Origin: Mobula hypostoma
Taxonomy: Eukaryota
Direction: 5' to 3'
Length of the DNA: 64,000 bases
Assembly (NCBI RefSeq): GCF_963921235.1
Contig: NC_086097.1
Location: forward strand, 13,268,001-13,332,000
The notes below the pieces were generated by a model. The model was not told the DNA's origin. It saw only the letters and a list, made by a program, of their open reading frames with translations, and did no database searches. The position numbers were made by a program, and so were the translations under genes. Positions 11,912 through 24,524 of this stretch are shown piece by piece. The first letter of the stretch is position 1. Each line of letters begins with the position of its first letter.

Positions 11912-13080
11912 CAGGGGTCCCCAACCTTTTTTGCACTGCGGACCGGTTTAATATTGACAATATTCTTGCGGACTGGCCGACCCGAGGGAAGGGGTGGGTG
12001 GTAGGGTTGCAAACGGACAAGAGTAGCAGTCAAATATGTTGTGTTTACCCCGAGAAAGACTGCAATGACCATGAAGCCTTGTGTGGGCACCAGTGCGCAT
12101 GTGTATACGTGCCGATTTTTCTCTGCAAATCATTTTTGGCGATTTTGTTCCGGGGGGGTGGTGTTAATCATGACCGGAATATAGGTGATAAGTGGCTAAT
12201 ACACTCAATTTCGTTTTTAAAAGGGTTTATCAAACGAATCTAATATTAAACACACTGCACATATTTTCCTGGCATGAATATAGTGTTAAGTCAATTATCA
12301 GGGGAGGACAGGGGAGCTTGAAGTAAGTGTTGAACGAACTTCCAGTAGAAGTGGTAGAGGCAGGTTTGATATTATCACTTAAAGAAAAATTGGATAGCTA
12401 TATGGACAGGAAAGGAATGGAGGGTTATGGGCTGAGTGCAGGTCGGTGGGATTAGGTGAGAGTAGCGTTCGGCATGGACTAGAAGGGCCGAGATTGCCAG
12501 TTTCCGTGCCGTAATTGTTATATGGTTATATAAGTCACTTATAAGTCAATAGCATCATAACATTTTAAGTAACGTTTGGATATTAAACACACAGCACATA
12601 TTTTCCCCGTATGAACATATAAAATCATTGCAACACACCAATATCGCTGAATCAGTGGGAGCCCTGAGTTGAATACTTGTTCCCTGCAACAACACGGTCC
12701 TATCGAGGGGTGATGGGAGACAGCGATACTCAAAGGGGGTTCCTTATGTCCAGTCTATTCCGCAGTTTAGCTTTCGTTGCATTCATTGCAGAGATATGTT
12801 GGAAATGGAAGCAATGTTTTCAGTGCTTTCGTGGCTATCTCAGGATATTCAGCCTTGACTTTGATCCGGAATGCCAGCAGAAATGTTATGTCAAACATAC
12901 TTTTCAGCCCGCCGTCACTTACAAGCTTGAGGTTTGATCTTCATCCCGCGCTGACATGGATGACGCGCGGGTAATGACCTCGCGTGCGTTCAAGCTCAAC
13001 AGTGCGTGACAGGGAATGAGGAAAGGTTTCCTCGTGGCCCGGTAGCACATGCTTTGCGGCCCGGTGGTTGGAGACCGCTG
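11912..13080 (-). mobile_element. Non-autonomous hAT (Charlie-type) transposon with transposase C-terminal remnant and internal CR1 fragment
   Basis: TIRs CAGGGGTCCCCAACC / GGTTGGAGACCGCTG; perfect 8-bp TSD CTTTTGGG (11904-11911, 13081-13088). Minus strand about 12650-12880 reads IKVKAEYPEIATKALKTLLPFPTYLC...LRNRLDIRNPL*VSLSPITPR (hAT dimerisation domain). CR1 3' piece at about 12320-12530. Confidence 0.92.
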
Positions 13081-13170
13081 CTTTTGGGAGTCAAAAATAA
13101 CAAGCAGTCTTAATTCCAAGATTTTAGTTTATGTTAGAGTACAAATAAATGTACAAATATTATCAAACTA

Positions 13171-13542
13171 CAAGGGGTGATTGATAAGTTTGTGGCCTAA
13201 GGTGGAGGGAGTCAATTTTAGAAAACCTAGCACATTAAGTTCATGGCCTAAGGTAGAAGGAGATGAGTTATACAGCTCCCGTTACATGCACAGGTAGTTC
13301 TACTCTTTGAGTGATTATGCAGAAAGTTTAAAGTTAATAACTCATCTCCTTCTACCTTAGGCCACAAACTTATCAATCACCCCTGCTGTGGACACTTTCT
13401 GGAGGTCCAAGGTCCGTATGCTCCACGACCACTGAACTAAGTGTGTAAGTGTAAGAGGGGACTATGTTGAAAATTAAAGGTGTTAGGTTTTCTAAAATTG
13501 ACTCCTTCTACCTTAGGCCACAAACTTATCAATCACCCTTCG
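13171..13542 (+). mobile_element. Mariner-derived MITE
   Basis: TA flanks; about 63-bp TIRs (C(A/G)A(G/A)GGGTGATTGATAAGTTTGTGGCCTAAGGT...); internal LHDH*TKCVSVRGDYVEN* matches the mariner transposase C-terminus (RWxKCVxxxGxYVEK). Confidence 0.88.
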
Positions 13543-14019
13543 TAAGTAAATAGCTGAAAAATTAAGCTAAGAGGGGAATTAATGCTAATTGTGGTGTAAA
13601 ACAAAGAAATAAAGATGGCGCTTCTGAAAAATCTATCACTTTTATAGGCAAGATAAGAAAAAAGTTCCTTAGATAGAGAATAAACTAATTAATGTGCTAC
13701 ATAATTAAAGCAATTTCACCGCGTTGGTAATGTGCTATCACTTAGCCAATGAAAAATTAAGTTAGGTGATAAACCATTAGTTTAGCTGATATACTGTTTT
13801 CTTCCAGTGAGTGTGAAAAGTCCATGATTTTGTTAAAAAGTACAAACCTTATAAGAAGTATAATTTTAAAAACAGTGGTTTCCAATAGCACATTCAAACA
13901 CAATCATGAACTCATTCAAATATGAATGACACATATTTGATTCCCATTCTCACATAACCACTGACACATCATGCACATTGAAACACGGCTGCAAGTACAC
14001 TCAAGCAGGCATAAGACAA

Positions 14020-14595
14020 GATGCAACACACACAAAATGCTGGAGGAACTCAATAGGTCGGGCAGCATCTACAAAAATGAATAAGTGGTTGATGTTTCAG
14101 GCTGAGCCCCTGCTTCAGGATTGGAAAGGAAGGGGAAAGTTGCCGGAATAAAAATGTGGGGGAAGGGATAAGAAGCTAGCTAGAAGATGATAGGTGAAGC
14201 TAGGTGGGTGAGAAAGGTAAAGCACAGGAGAGGAAGGATTCTAATAGGAAGAGAGAGTGACCAAGGAGAACAGGAAGGAGAAGGCGACCTGGGGGACAAT
14301 GGGCAGGTGAGAAGAGCTAAGAGGCCAGAGTGGGTAATAGAAGAAGAGGGGATTGAGAGGGAATTTTTTTTTTAACCGGAAGAAAAAAATCGATATTCAT
14401 GCCATCAGGCTAGACGCCATTAACAGAATATAAATTGTTGCTCCTCCACCATGATGGTTTCCTCATCTTGGCACAAGAGGAAGCAATGATCTGACATGTT
14501 GGAACAAGAATTGGAATTAGAATTAAAATGTTTGGCCACCAGGAAGTTCCACTTCAGCAAATGGAGCGGAGGTGCTGAACAAAGCTGTCCCCTAA
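14020..14595 (-). mobile_element. Penelope-like 3' fragment (pseudo-LTR and end of GIY-YIG domain)
   Basis: Similar to 470-1050; minus-strand translation HFNSNSNSCSNMSDHCFLLCQDEETIMVEEQQFIF; decayed hammerhead at about 14088-14120. Confidence 0.8.
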
Positions 14596-14597
14596 TA

Positions 14598-14970
14598 ATA
14601 CCATGAAACATAGGAGCAGAATTAGGCCATTCTGCCCATTGAGTCTGTTCTGCCATTTCATCATAGCTAATCAATTTCCCTCTCAATCCCTTTCTCCTGC
14701 CTTCTCCCTGTAATCTTTCATGCCCTGACAAATCAATAACCTATCAACCTCCAGCTTAAATACGTCCAATGACCTGACCACTACAGGTGCCTGTGGCAAT
14801 GAATTTCACAGAGTCACCAGTCTCTGCCTAAAGAAATCCCTCCTCATCTCCATTGCAAAGCAATGTCCCTCCATTTTTAGGCTGTGTCCTCTGGTCCTAA
14901 AATCCCCCACCACAGGAAACATCCTCTCTACATCCATTCTTCCAAGGCCTTTCAACATTCGATAGGTTTC
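14598..14970 (-). mobile_element. CR1 3' fragment
   Basis: ETYRMLKGLGRMDVERMFPVVGDFRTRGHSLK...FFRQRLV. Confidence 0.88.
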
Positions 14971-15140
14971 ATGCACTAAAACACATGCTGACCTGAACAA
15001 GCACAGGCAATCACAGAAAGACGGTGACTCAATCACATATACACCCAAAACACACTTGCAACTGCACACACCTATGCATTCAAGCAGATGAAAATTATCA
15101 AATGCCTGCATTCAGATGCACTTTCACATAGATCTAACAT

Positions 15141-18038
15141 ACAGAGAGGCTTTGAGGAAAGAGAAGCAGAATAAACGGTGTAAAGACAGTAAGGTAGAAA
15201 GGCTGAAATGTGTGTACCTCAATGCAAGAAGCATTAGGAACAAAGGTGATGAACTGAGAGCTTGGATACATACTTGGAATTATGATGTAGTGGCCATTAC
15301 AGAGACTTGGCTGGCACCAGGGCAGGAATGGATTCTCAATATTCCTGGATTTCAGTGCTTTAAAAGCGATAGTGAGGGCGGAAAAAGGGGAGGAGGGGTG
15401 GCATTACTAGTCAGGGATACTATTACAGCTGCAGAAAGGGTGGGTAATGTAGCAGGATCCTCTTTTGAGTCAATATGGCTGGAAGTCAGGATCAGGAAGG
15501 GAGCAGTTAATAGGGGTATTCTATAGGTCCCCTGGTAGCAGCAGAGATACAGAGGAGCAGATTGGGAGACAGATTTTGGAAAGGTGCAAAAATAACAGGG
15601 TTGTTCTCATGGGTGACTTTAACTTCCCTAATATTGATTGGCACCTGATTAGTTCCAAGGGTTTAGATGGGACAGAATGTGTTAAGTGTGTCCAGGATGG
15701 ATTCCTGTCACAGTATGTGGACAGGCTGACCAGGGGGAATGCCATACTAGATCTAGTACTAGGTAATGAACCGGGTCAGGTCACAGATCTCTCAGTGGGT
15801 GAGCATCTGGGGGACAGTGACCACCACTCCCTGGCCTTTATAATTATCATTGAAAAGGATAGAATCAAAGAGGACAGGAAAATTTTTAATTGGGGAAAGG
15901 CAAATTATGAGGCTATAAGGCTAGAACTTGCGGGTGTGAATTGGGATGATGTTTTTGCAGGGAAATGTACTATGGACATGTGGTCGATGTTTAGAGATCT
16001 CTTGCGGGATGTAAGGGATAAATTTGTCCCAGTGAGGAAGATAAGAATGGTAGGGTGAAGGAACCATGGGTGACAAGTGAGGTGGAAAATCTAGTCAGGA
16101 GGAGGAAAGCAGCATACATGAGGTTTAGGAAGCAAGGATCAGATGGGTCTATTGAGGAATATAGGGAAGCAAGAAAAGAGCTTAAGAAGGGGCTGAGAAG
16201 AGCAAGAAGAAGGCATGAGAAGGCCTTGGCAAGTAGGGTAAAGGAAAACCCCAAGGCATTCTTCAATTATGTGAAGAAAAAAAGGATGACAGGAGTGAAG
16301 GTAGGACCGATTAGAGATAAAGGTGGGAAGATGTGCCTGGAGGCTCTGGAAGTGATCGAGGTCCTCAGTGAATACTTCTCTCGGTATTCACCAATGAGAG
16401 GGAACTTGATGATGGTGAGGACAATATGAGTGAGGTTGATGTTCTGGAGCATGCTGATATTAAGGGAGAGGAGGTGTTGGAGTTGTTAAAATACATTAGG
16501 ACAGATAAGTCCCCGGGGCCTGACGGAATATTCCCCAGGCTGCTCCATGAGGCGAGAGAAGAGATTGCTGAGCCTCTGGCTAGGATCTTTATGTCCTCGT
16601 TGTCCACGGGAATGGTACCGGAGGATTGGAGGGAGGCGAATGTTGTTCCCTTGTTCAAAAAAGGTAGTAGGGATAGTCCGGGTAATTATAGACCACTGAG
16701 CCTTACGTCTGTGGTGGGAAAGCTGTTGGAAAAGATTCTTAGAGGTAGGATCTATAGGCATTTATAGAATCATGGTCTGATCAGGGACAGTCAGCATGGC
16801 TTTGTGAAGGGCAGATCGTGTCTAACAAGCCTGATAGAGTTCTTTGAGGAGGTGACCAGGCATATAGATGAGGATAGTGCAGTGGATGTGATCTATATGG
16901 ATTTTAGTAAGGCATTTGACAAGGTTCCACATGGTAGGCTTATTCAGAAAGTTAGAAGGCATGGGATCCAGGGAAGTTTGGCCAGGTGGATTCAGAATTG
17001 GCTTGCCTGCAGAAGGCAGAGGGTGGTGGTGGAGGGAGTACATTCAGATTAGAGGATTGTGACTAGTGGTGTCCCACAAGGATCGGTTCTTGGATCTCTA
17101 CTTTTTGTGATTTTTATTAACGACCTGGATGTTGGGGTAGAAGGGTGGGTTGGCAAGTTTGCAGATGACACAAAGGTTGGTGGTGTTGTAGATAGTGTAG
17201 AGGATTGTCAAAGATTGCAGAGAGAGACTGACAGGATGTAGAAGTGGGCTGAGAAATGGCAGATGGAGTTCAACCCGGAGAAGTATAAGGTGGTACACTT
17301 TGGAAGGACAAACTCCAAGGCAGAGTACAAAGTAAATGGCAGGATACTTGGTAGTGTGGAGGAGCAGAGGGATCTCGGGGTACATGTCCACAGATCCCTG
17401 AAAGTTGCCTCACAGGTGGATAGAGTAGTTAAGAAAGCTTATGGGGTGTTAGCTTTCATAAGTCGAGGGATAGAGTTTAAGAGTCGCGATGTAATGATGC
17501 AGCTCTATAAAACTCTGGTTAGGCCACACTTGGAGTATTGTGTCCAGTTCTGGTCACCTTACTATAAGAAGGATGTGGAAGCATTGGAAAGAGTACAGAG
17601 GAGATTTACCAGGATGCTGCCTGGTTTAGAAAGTATGCATTATGATCAGAGATTAAGGGAGCTAGGGCTTTACTCTTTGGAGAGAAGGAGAATGAGAGGA
17701 GACATGATAGAGGTATACAAGATAATAAGAGGAATAGATAGAGTGGATAGCCAGCGCCTCTTCCCCAGGGCACCACTGCTCAATACAAGAGGACATGGCT
17801 TTAAGGTAAGGGGTGGGAAGTTCAAGGGGGATATTAGAGGAAGGTTTTTTACTCAGAGAGTGGTTAGTGCATGGAATCAATGGTGGAGGCAGATGCACTA
17901 GTGAAGTTTAAGAGACTACTAGACAGGTATATGGAGGAATCTAAGGTGGGGTCTTATAAGGGAGGCAGGGTTTGAGGGTCAGCACAACATTGTGGGCTGA
18001 AGGGCCTGTACTGTGCTGTACTATTTTATGTTCTATAA
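15141..18038 (+). mobile_element. CR1 LINE with near-complete but disrupted ORF2 (APE endonuclease and RT)
   Basis: LKCVYLNARSIRNK...AITETWL, MGDFNFP, LDLVL, SDH (APE domain); KSPGPDG, NYRPLSLTS, YMDFSKAFDKV, GVPQGSVLG, FADDTK (RT); multiple stops and frameshifts. Candidate TSD TAACAT (15135-15140 / 18039-18044). Confidence 0.95.
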
Positions 18039-18049
18039 TAACATGCACA

Positions 18050-18330
18050 CATTTATTTATTTATTGACTGAGATACAATGCAGAATTGGCCCTCCTGGCC
18101 CCTCAAGCTGAGCCGCCCAGCAATCCCTCGATTTAATCCTAGCCTAATCATGGTACAATTTACAATGACCAGTTAACCTATAAACTTGTAAGTCTTTGGA
18201 CTGTGGAAGAAAACCTTAGCACCCAGAGAAAACCAAAGCATTCACGGGGAGAACGTACAAGCCCCTTACAGTCACCAGCGGGAATTGAACCTGGGTTGCT
18301 GGGACTGCAAAGCGTGTTAACCACTACACC
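18050..18330 (-). mobile_element. V-SINE (HE1-like)
   Basis: (TTTA)n tail, V-domain in reverse (acaatttacaatgacc...gtctttggactgtgg), B-box-like gggaattgaacc. Confidence 0.75.
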
Positions 18331-19234
18331 GCTCGACTTCACGTACACTCAGGTACTAGCTCAGTGTACACTGACGTGCTCACACACGTGAATGTGCACA
18401 CACGCATACAGACACTTCCATGCGCGGAGAAACAGGAACAAAAACATACTGAAAGCAAATACACTCTGTGTGCACATTTACTAATAAGAGCTGATTCAGT
18501 ACTTCACCAGATCAGACGCTGCAGCAATCACCAAACAAGGGTCCAGGCTCAATCGCAAGTCAGCAGCCCCAGAGCCCAGACTTGAAAGGATCTGACTGAA
18601 ACATTAGCCTCCCTTGCAGTTTGCCACTGGATATTTCCACCAGTCCCTGCTATTAGTTCGTGTTCCAATCTCCTCATTTTTTCCCCCCTTTTAATCTCAT
18701 CATTGCTCAAGTGCTGCTTTACGCTGCTCCACTTGTTTCTCATAAAGCATTGCTTCCTCACAGTGCCTCGTGCCATTTAAGTGTCGATCAGAGTATTAAG
18801 AAAACACTCAGCCTGGTTTTATTTTGCGCTGTGTCCTGCCGAGGAGGCCCACGCTGAGTGTGTTTCCCAGCAGTGGAACCACTAAATAGCTACTTTACTC
18901 AGCAGTACAAAGTGAAACAAAAAAATAAAACGAACTTCAAATACCAGATATCTGAAATAAAAGCAAAAAATACTTCTGGAAACACACAGCGGGCCAGTAA
19001 GTGCACATAGAGAGCCAAGATGATAATTACTTTATACCCACTTGCAATCTTTCATAGGAACCAATGCCTTAGTGTAAGTAGGTATTTTAGTAATTTCAAG
19101 TTAATCCCACAGAAAATGTGCGTTAGAAATATCGTAACGAGTTTCCCCAATGATCGTCCTTAACAGTGATGTATAAACTGTGGTATGCTGCCCTAAAGTT
19201 TAATAATACATGATAAAAAATGATTCAAAAGGTT

Positions 19235-19690
19235 GCATAGAACTATAGAGCACAGCACAAATCCTGCAGCACTCAATTATTTTACTGACCGATATAAACC
19301 TACTCCACGATCAGTCCAACTCTTCCCTCCCACACAACCATAACCCTCCATTCTTCCTACATCCTTATGTCTATCTAAGAGTTTCTTAAATATCCCTATT
19401 GTATTAGCCCCTTCCACCACTCCCAGCAATGAATTCCAGCCACCCACGGCTCCCTAAATGAAAAAATAACTACCTCCAACATCTCCCCTGAACTTTCTTC
19501 CACTCACCTTAACTGGATGTCTTCTGGGATTGACCACACTATCCTGGGAAAAATAAAGATGCTGACTGTGCACTCTGTCTTTATCTCTCATAATCTTATA
19601 CATCTCTATCGTTGCCTCTTCATTCTCCGTCACTCCAAAGAGATAAACTCTGGTTTGCATCCTTGATCCATCTGCAAAGAGCAGAGAAAA
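19235..19690 (-). mobile_element. Old CR1 3' fragment
   Basis: IEMYKIMRDKDRVHSQHL...GRKFRGDVGG. Confidence 0.8.
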
Positions 19691-19696
19691 ACTCCA

Positions 19697-19956
19697 TGTG
19701 GTGTGTGTGTGTGTGTGTGTGTGTTTGCATTTGTCTGTGAGTTTGTGTGTGTATGTGTATGCTGGTGCGTGTGTTTGTGTCTGTGAGTGTGTCTGTATGT
19801 TTGTGTGTGTGTGTTTGCATGTGTCTGTGAGTTTGTGTGTGTATGTGTATGTTGGTGTGTGTGTGTGTGCGTGCGTGTGTTTGTGTCCGTGAGTGGGTCT
19901 ATATGTTTGTGTGTCTGCATGTTTGCATGTGTCTGTGAGTTTGTGTGTGTGTGTGT
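19697..19956. repeat. Compound (TG)-based microsatellite with higher-order units
   Basis: The block gtttgcat(g/t)tgtctgtgagtttgtgtgtgt recurs three times within the TG array. Confidence 0.9.
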
Positions 19957-20228
19957 ATCCGTTCTGGTATGTTTCCAAAATAAGTGATCACCCCGTTAAG
20001 ACAGAAATAAGGCAATCTATTGTCGTATCTGAAGATCATAAGATTCTGAAGTATCATTTTTTTCTCAAAGAACAGGGTAAGTAAGCAGAGACTTTGAACA
20101 TTTTCCAGGCAGAAGTAGATAGGTTCTGGTTAAGCAAGAGGGTAAATGTTGGAAAATGGAATGCTGTAGGTATTAAGTCAAATAAACAAATGGGAGAGCA
20201 GATTTAGACATTGTATATGCATGCGCGC

Positions 20229-20271
<43 letters not shown>

Positions 20272-20704
20272 GAATGTTAGGACAAGGGGACAGCTATGAT
20301 AAAAGACCAATATTTATTGCCCATAAACACTTGTTCTTGAAAAAAGTGGTGATGAGCTACATTTTTGAACTGGTACGATTTGAGCAACAAAGTAACTCCC
20401 CAGAGGAAGTTTGATCTGGCAATGACAGGGCAGCATACTTCCAAGTCTGTATGTGGCTTGGAGCAGTACCTGCATATTCCTGTGCCCAAGCCACCCATGG
20501 CCTTTGAGATATTAAACATCACAAATTTGCAACCAGCTAATGAAGTGATCACAACATTTTGCCCAGTGCTGTGGCTGGATGGCATTTGATAAAGAGCATT
20601 CAAAGCGAAACATTAACTGTTTCTCATTACACAGAGGCCGCCTGACCTACTGGTTCTTTCCAGCATTCTCTGTAGATGATGAGACACTGAACATTCTTTG
20701 ATTA

Positions 20705-21070
20705 GACTATAAAACCATAAGATATAGGAGCAGAATTAGGCTATTTGGGCCATCAAGTCTGCTCCACCATTTCATCATGGCTCATCCATTATTCCCCTCA
20801 GCCCTGATCTACTACCTTGTCCCCATATCCCTTCATTCCCTGACCAATCAAGAATCTATCAACCTTTACCTTAAATATTCATAAAGGCCTTACCTCCACT
20901 GCAGCTGTGGAAGTCCATAGATTCTCCACTCTCTGACGAAAGAAATGACTCCCGGTCTCTGTTCTAAAAAAACGTCCCTCTATTCTGAGGCTCTGTCCTC
21001 TAGTCTTAGACTCTCCAACCACAGGAAACATCCTCTCCATATCCATTCTATCAAGATCTTTCCCATTCGA
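20705..21070 (-). mobile_element. CR1 3' fragment
   Basis: accataagatataggagcagaattaggc... tail and ORF-end similarity to 14598-14970. Confidence 0.82.
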
Positions 21071-23352
21071 TTGAGGAATAACTTCCCTGATTGAGGAAAC
21101 AAAGTTAAAAGGTCACTATGTGTTGAAGATAACCATATTTCCTTGTAGTTAAAAACTGAGGAATGCTAGAATTTCTTTCTGCAGATAGTGGTGAACCTTT
21201 ATTCCAGATAGTTGTAGAGGTATTTAAAGTGGAGGGAGATACATTTTGGAAGATTCATGACTTGAAGGTAATATGGAAGTGGGCAGAAAAGGAACTGAAG
21301 TCTAGAGAAGATTAGCCAAGGCAATATTGAATGGCAGGACTGGCCTGAGGCGACCACTCATGTTCTTATTTCATGTGTTGTGATGGTAACCAGTCCAGAT
21401 CAATGCAAAGAAGCAGATTCAGTGGATCACAGCCTTTGTAGACAGCCATGAATATCCCGTTATTTAATGGAAGGTTTTACAGACATGTTTTATAACGAGA
21501 CCACTACAACAGTGATCAGGTCACCACCTTAAAAAATAAGAAAAACAAATTAGCAAGGTTGCACTCTGGAGTTTTGCTTAAAGAAAGGGCAGCCTTGAGA
21601 ACCAAAACAACAGCAAATTAATCCTATCACTCTGTTGGTGCTTGCATCCTGGATTTGCCTTGTGATGTATTATATTCTTTTTTTATAATATAGCTTTTAA
21701 TAATATGTTACAGGAAATTTTAATGCCTCGCTTAAAAAAATAATGGATTTCCTGACAACATTCTCAGACGATAGTAAATGCCCCTAAAGAACTAATTGAG
21801 GTGCTTGGGGTCATACCTAAGTCTGTGAGAAAAAAGCTAAAAAGCTACGTGTCTTTATTCATCCCATGAACTTCAAAATTGGATAATTGCCTTGAATTCA
21901 ATATCCAGCATCTGGTATTATTTGCGAAATGCAGGAGACAGTGAATTCTCCATGTAAGACCTGGTTTTCCCTTGATCTGAAGAGTGTTTTCTTTTGAAGA
22001 CATCAGAAGTGACAAAGCACGTGACAGTTTATGAATTACTTGACCTAGGACCTCACACATTGAGAGGTTTGTATGTTATTAAATGAGTTTGCTTGGAGAA
22101 CAAACTACAGGAGTGAAATGGCATTCTATGTGCAAGGAAATAATCACCTCGAGTTCAAATTACAGGGAAGTGACATGAGTTAAGCCTGGTTGATTCATAA
22201 TCATTAGTTGTATGTTCCAATATTAGAGTGCAGTTTTTAATTCTCTTGCTATGTGTTAGGTTCCAATTTATGTGCAGTGGATTTGATGTTGTTTTCATTT
22301 CAGGTTCTGGTTCATTTTTATGAATATCCTGTAATAGCCACTAATTGAAAGCATTCCTTAGGGTAATATTGGTGTGTTATTGTTGAATGTATTTACAAAT
22401 CTCAATCAAGTTGTTAAATGGTATGGTCAATGCATGGCAAAATGTTAAATGGTTGATTGTTAGGAAATAGCACAGCCATTAAGCAATACACTGATTGCAT
22501 CTCAGATGCTTGCAAGAAGGCAGCAAGTTGAAAGAAAGGTCAACATGAATGATGGAAATCCTCTTCTTCTTCTTCTTCTTAAGCCATCACCAAAATTGGG
22601 GCATAGGTTGCTGGCAGCACTTTGCCAGAGTTCCCTTTACTGGGCCAAAGGTTGATTGGCTCTGTGGCTTCCGCTTTCACCATATGACTTCATACGTCTT
22701 CTTGGTGAAGATTCTTCTTCTCCCACAGATGAGGTCTTTGGAGCTTCTGCTGGCATTTCTGCACCTCTGGGATTTAACGGGATGGGGTCGCTGGCCCCAT
22801 GCCCAACCCTCCTCCTATTGCACCTGGGCTTAGGACCGTCTGTGACAGAAGAAGAATTAATGAATATCAAAAATCTGCAGAAGCTAGAAACGTAAAATAG
22901 AAACAGAAAATGTTGCAAATACTTATCGGGTCAGGTTGCCTCTGTGGGAAGGAAAAAACAATTTAATATTTCAGGTTATAGACCTTTAGTCAGAACTTGG
23001 GATGAGTCAAGAGAAGAGTCAAGGGGAATGGGGTTGGGAGAGTCACCGAAAGAACAAACTGGGGTGATCATGGAGATAAACTGTAATTGAGGTTGTTTGG
23101 TTAATGAATAGATAAGAGCACAGTTAAAGAGTGAGAACAGAGACAAAAGAATGTAAGAATTATGAAAATCAGGTGGAATTCTGTGACCTCCATAGTTCCT
23201 AATCAATGAACTATTCACTAATAATTAGTCTTCCACAGTTAGGACCTCTGTTATCTGGGATATATAGGTTATCTACAACTCTGCAAATTTTTTAATATAT
23301 ATACATATAAAAGTATACATTTTTTATATTATATATATATATATATATATGT

Positions 23353-24170
23353 AATTGCCAGAGTTGTAGGTAATTGAGGAAAATTGCAAGGGTTATAGAA
23401 GGATACAGATAAGTTAGACATATGGATGAAGAAATAGCAGATGGAGTGTAATATTAACAAGTGTGAGGTGATCCATTTTGGAAGGTCAAATGTAAGAGGA
23501 AGCTATATAGTAAATGGCAGAAATGATGGACAGAAATGTCTTCTGGTGCAAGTTCATAGTTTCCTGAAAGCAGCAACAGAAGTAGGGAGGATGAGAAAAA
23601 AGACATGTGGTCTACTTGCCTTTATCAGTCAAGGCATTGCATGTAAAAGTTGGGAACTCTTGCAGTAGCTTCTAAAACTTTGAAAGGCTATAGCTGGAAT
23701 ACCATGAGCAGTTCTTGTTGCCACATGGCAAAGGGACTTAGAAGCTTTAGAGAGGGTACAAACGTTGACTTAGATGTTGCCGGGATTACAGAATATTAGC
23801 TATAAGAAGAGGTAGAACAACCTTGGATTATTTTCTCTGGATAGAGTGCGGTGTGCCCTAATGGAAGTGTATAAAATTGTATTTTTTAAGGCGGGAAATA
23901 TCAAATATTAGAGTGCAGAGTGGGAGAAAGTCTAAAGGAGACAGGCAGGGCAGGTTTTTAATACAGAAAATGGTTGATGCCTGGAATGGATTTCCAGGCA
24001 AAGTGGTGGAGGCAGATATATCAGCAATATTTATCATTTAGATGAGCAGATGAACAAGCAGTGGATGGAGACCATGTGTAGGCAGATAGGATCAGTTCCA
24101 ATTGCTATACTGGTTGACACATACATCGTGGGCTGGAAGGTCTGTTTCTATACTGTTCTATGTTCTATGA
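23353..24170 (+). mobile_element. Old CR1 3' fragment
   Basis: MECNINKCEVIHFGRSN...VQVHSFLKAATEV; tail ttctatgttctatg. Confidence 0.85.
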
Positions 24171-24524
24171 AATTGCAGAATTTGTCACACTTGCATAAAA
24201 TACTGAATCAGAAAGTTATGGTGCAAAAGCCACTCCAAGGACTTGCCCACAGAACTCTTGGCTGAGACTTCAACACAGTATTGTCATAGATTATATCTTT
24301 ATTCTGAATTGTTAAAACAAGGACCCATCCAATTCGTCACACAGATATCCTGGTCAACCCAGATCCCAGAATCATTATCTTTGAATCAATGTTACTGGGA
24401 TTCTATCACATCGCTCTTTGTGAGAGCTTACTGTGGTGAATTTATTCCTATATTTCAACATCTCAACAGCAACAGCAATCAAAATTATGTCCTTGGCAAT
24501 AAAACTTGTTGGGACATCCTGGAA

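Noticed and set aside
11434..12004. Several His/Thr- or Cys/Val-rich ORFs
   Set aside because: Artefacts of CA/TG low-complexity sequence; the same applies to the ORFs at 19454-20084.
15116..17901. Active CR1 ORF2 / host gene
   Set aside because: Multiple stops and frameshifts, and ORF1/5' UTR are absent.
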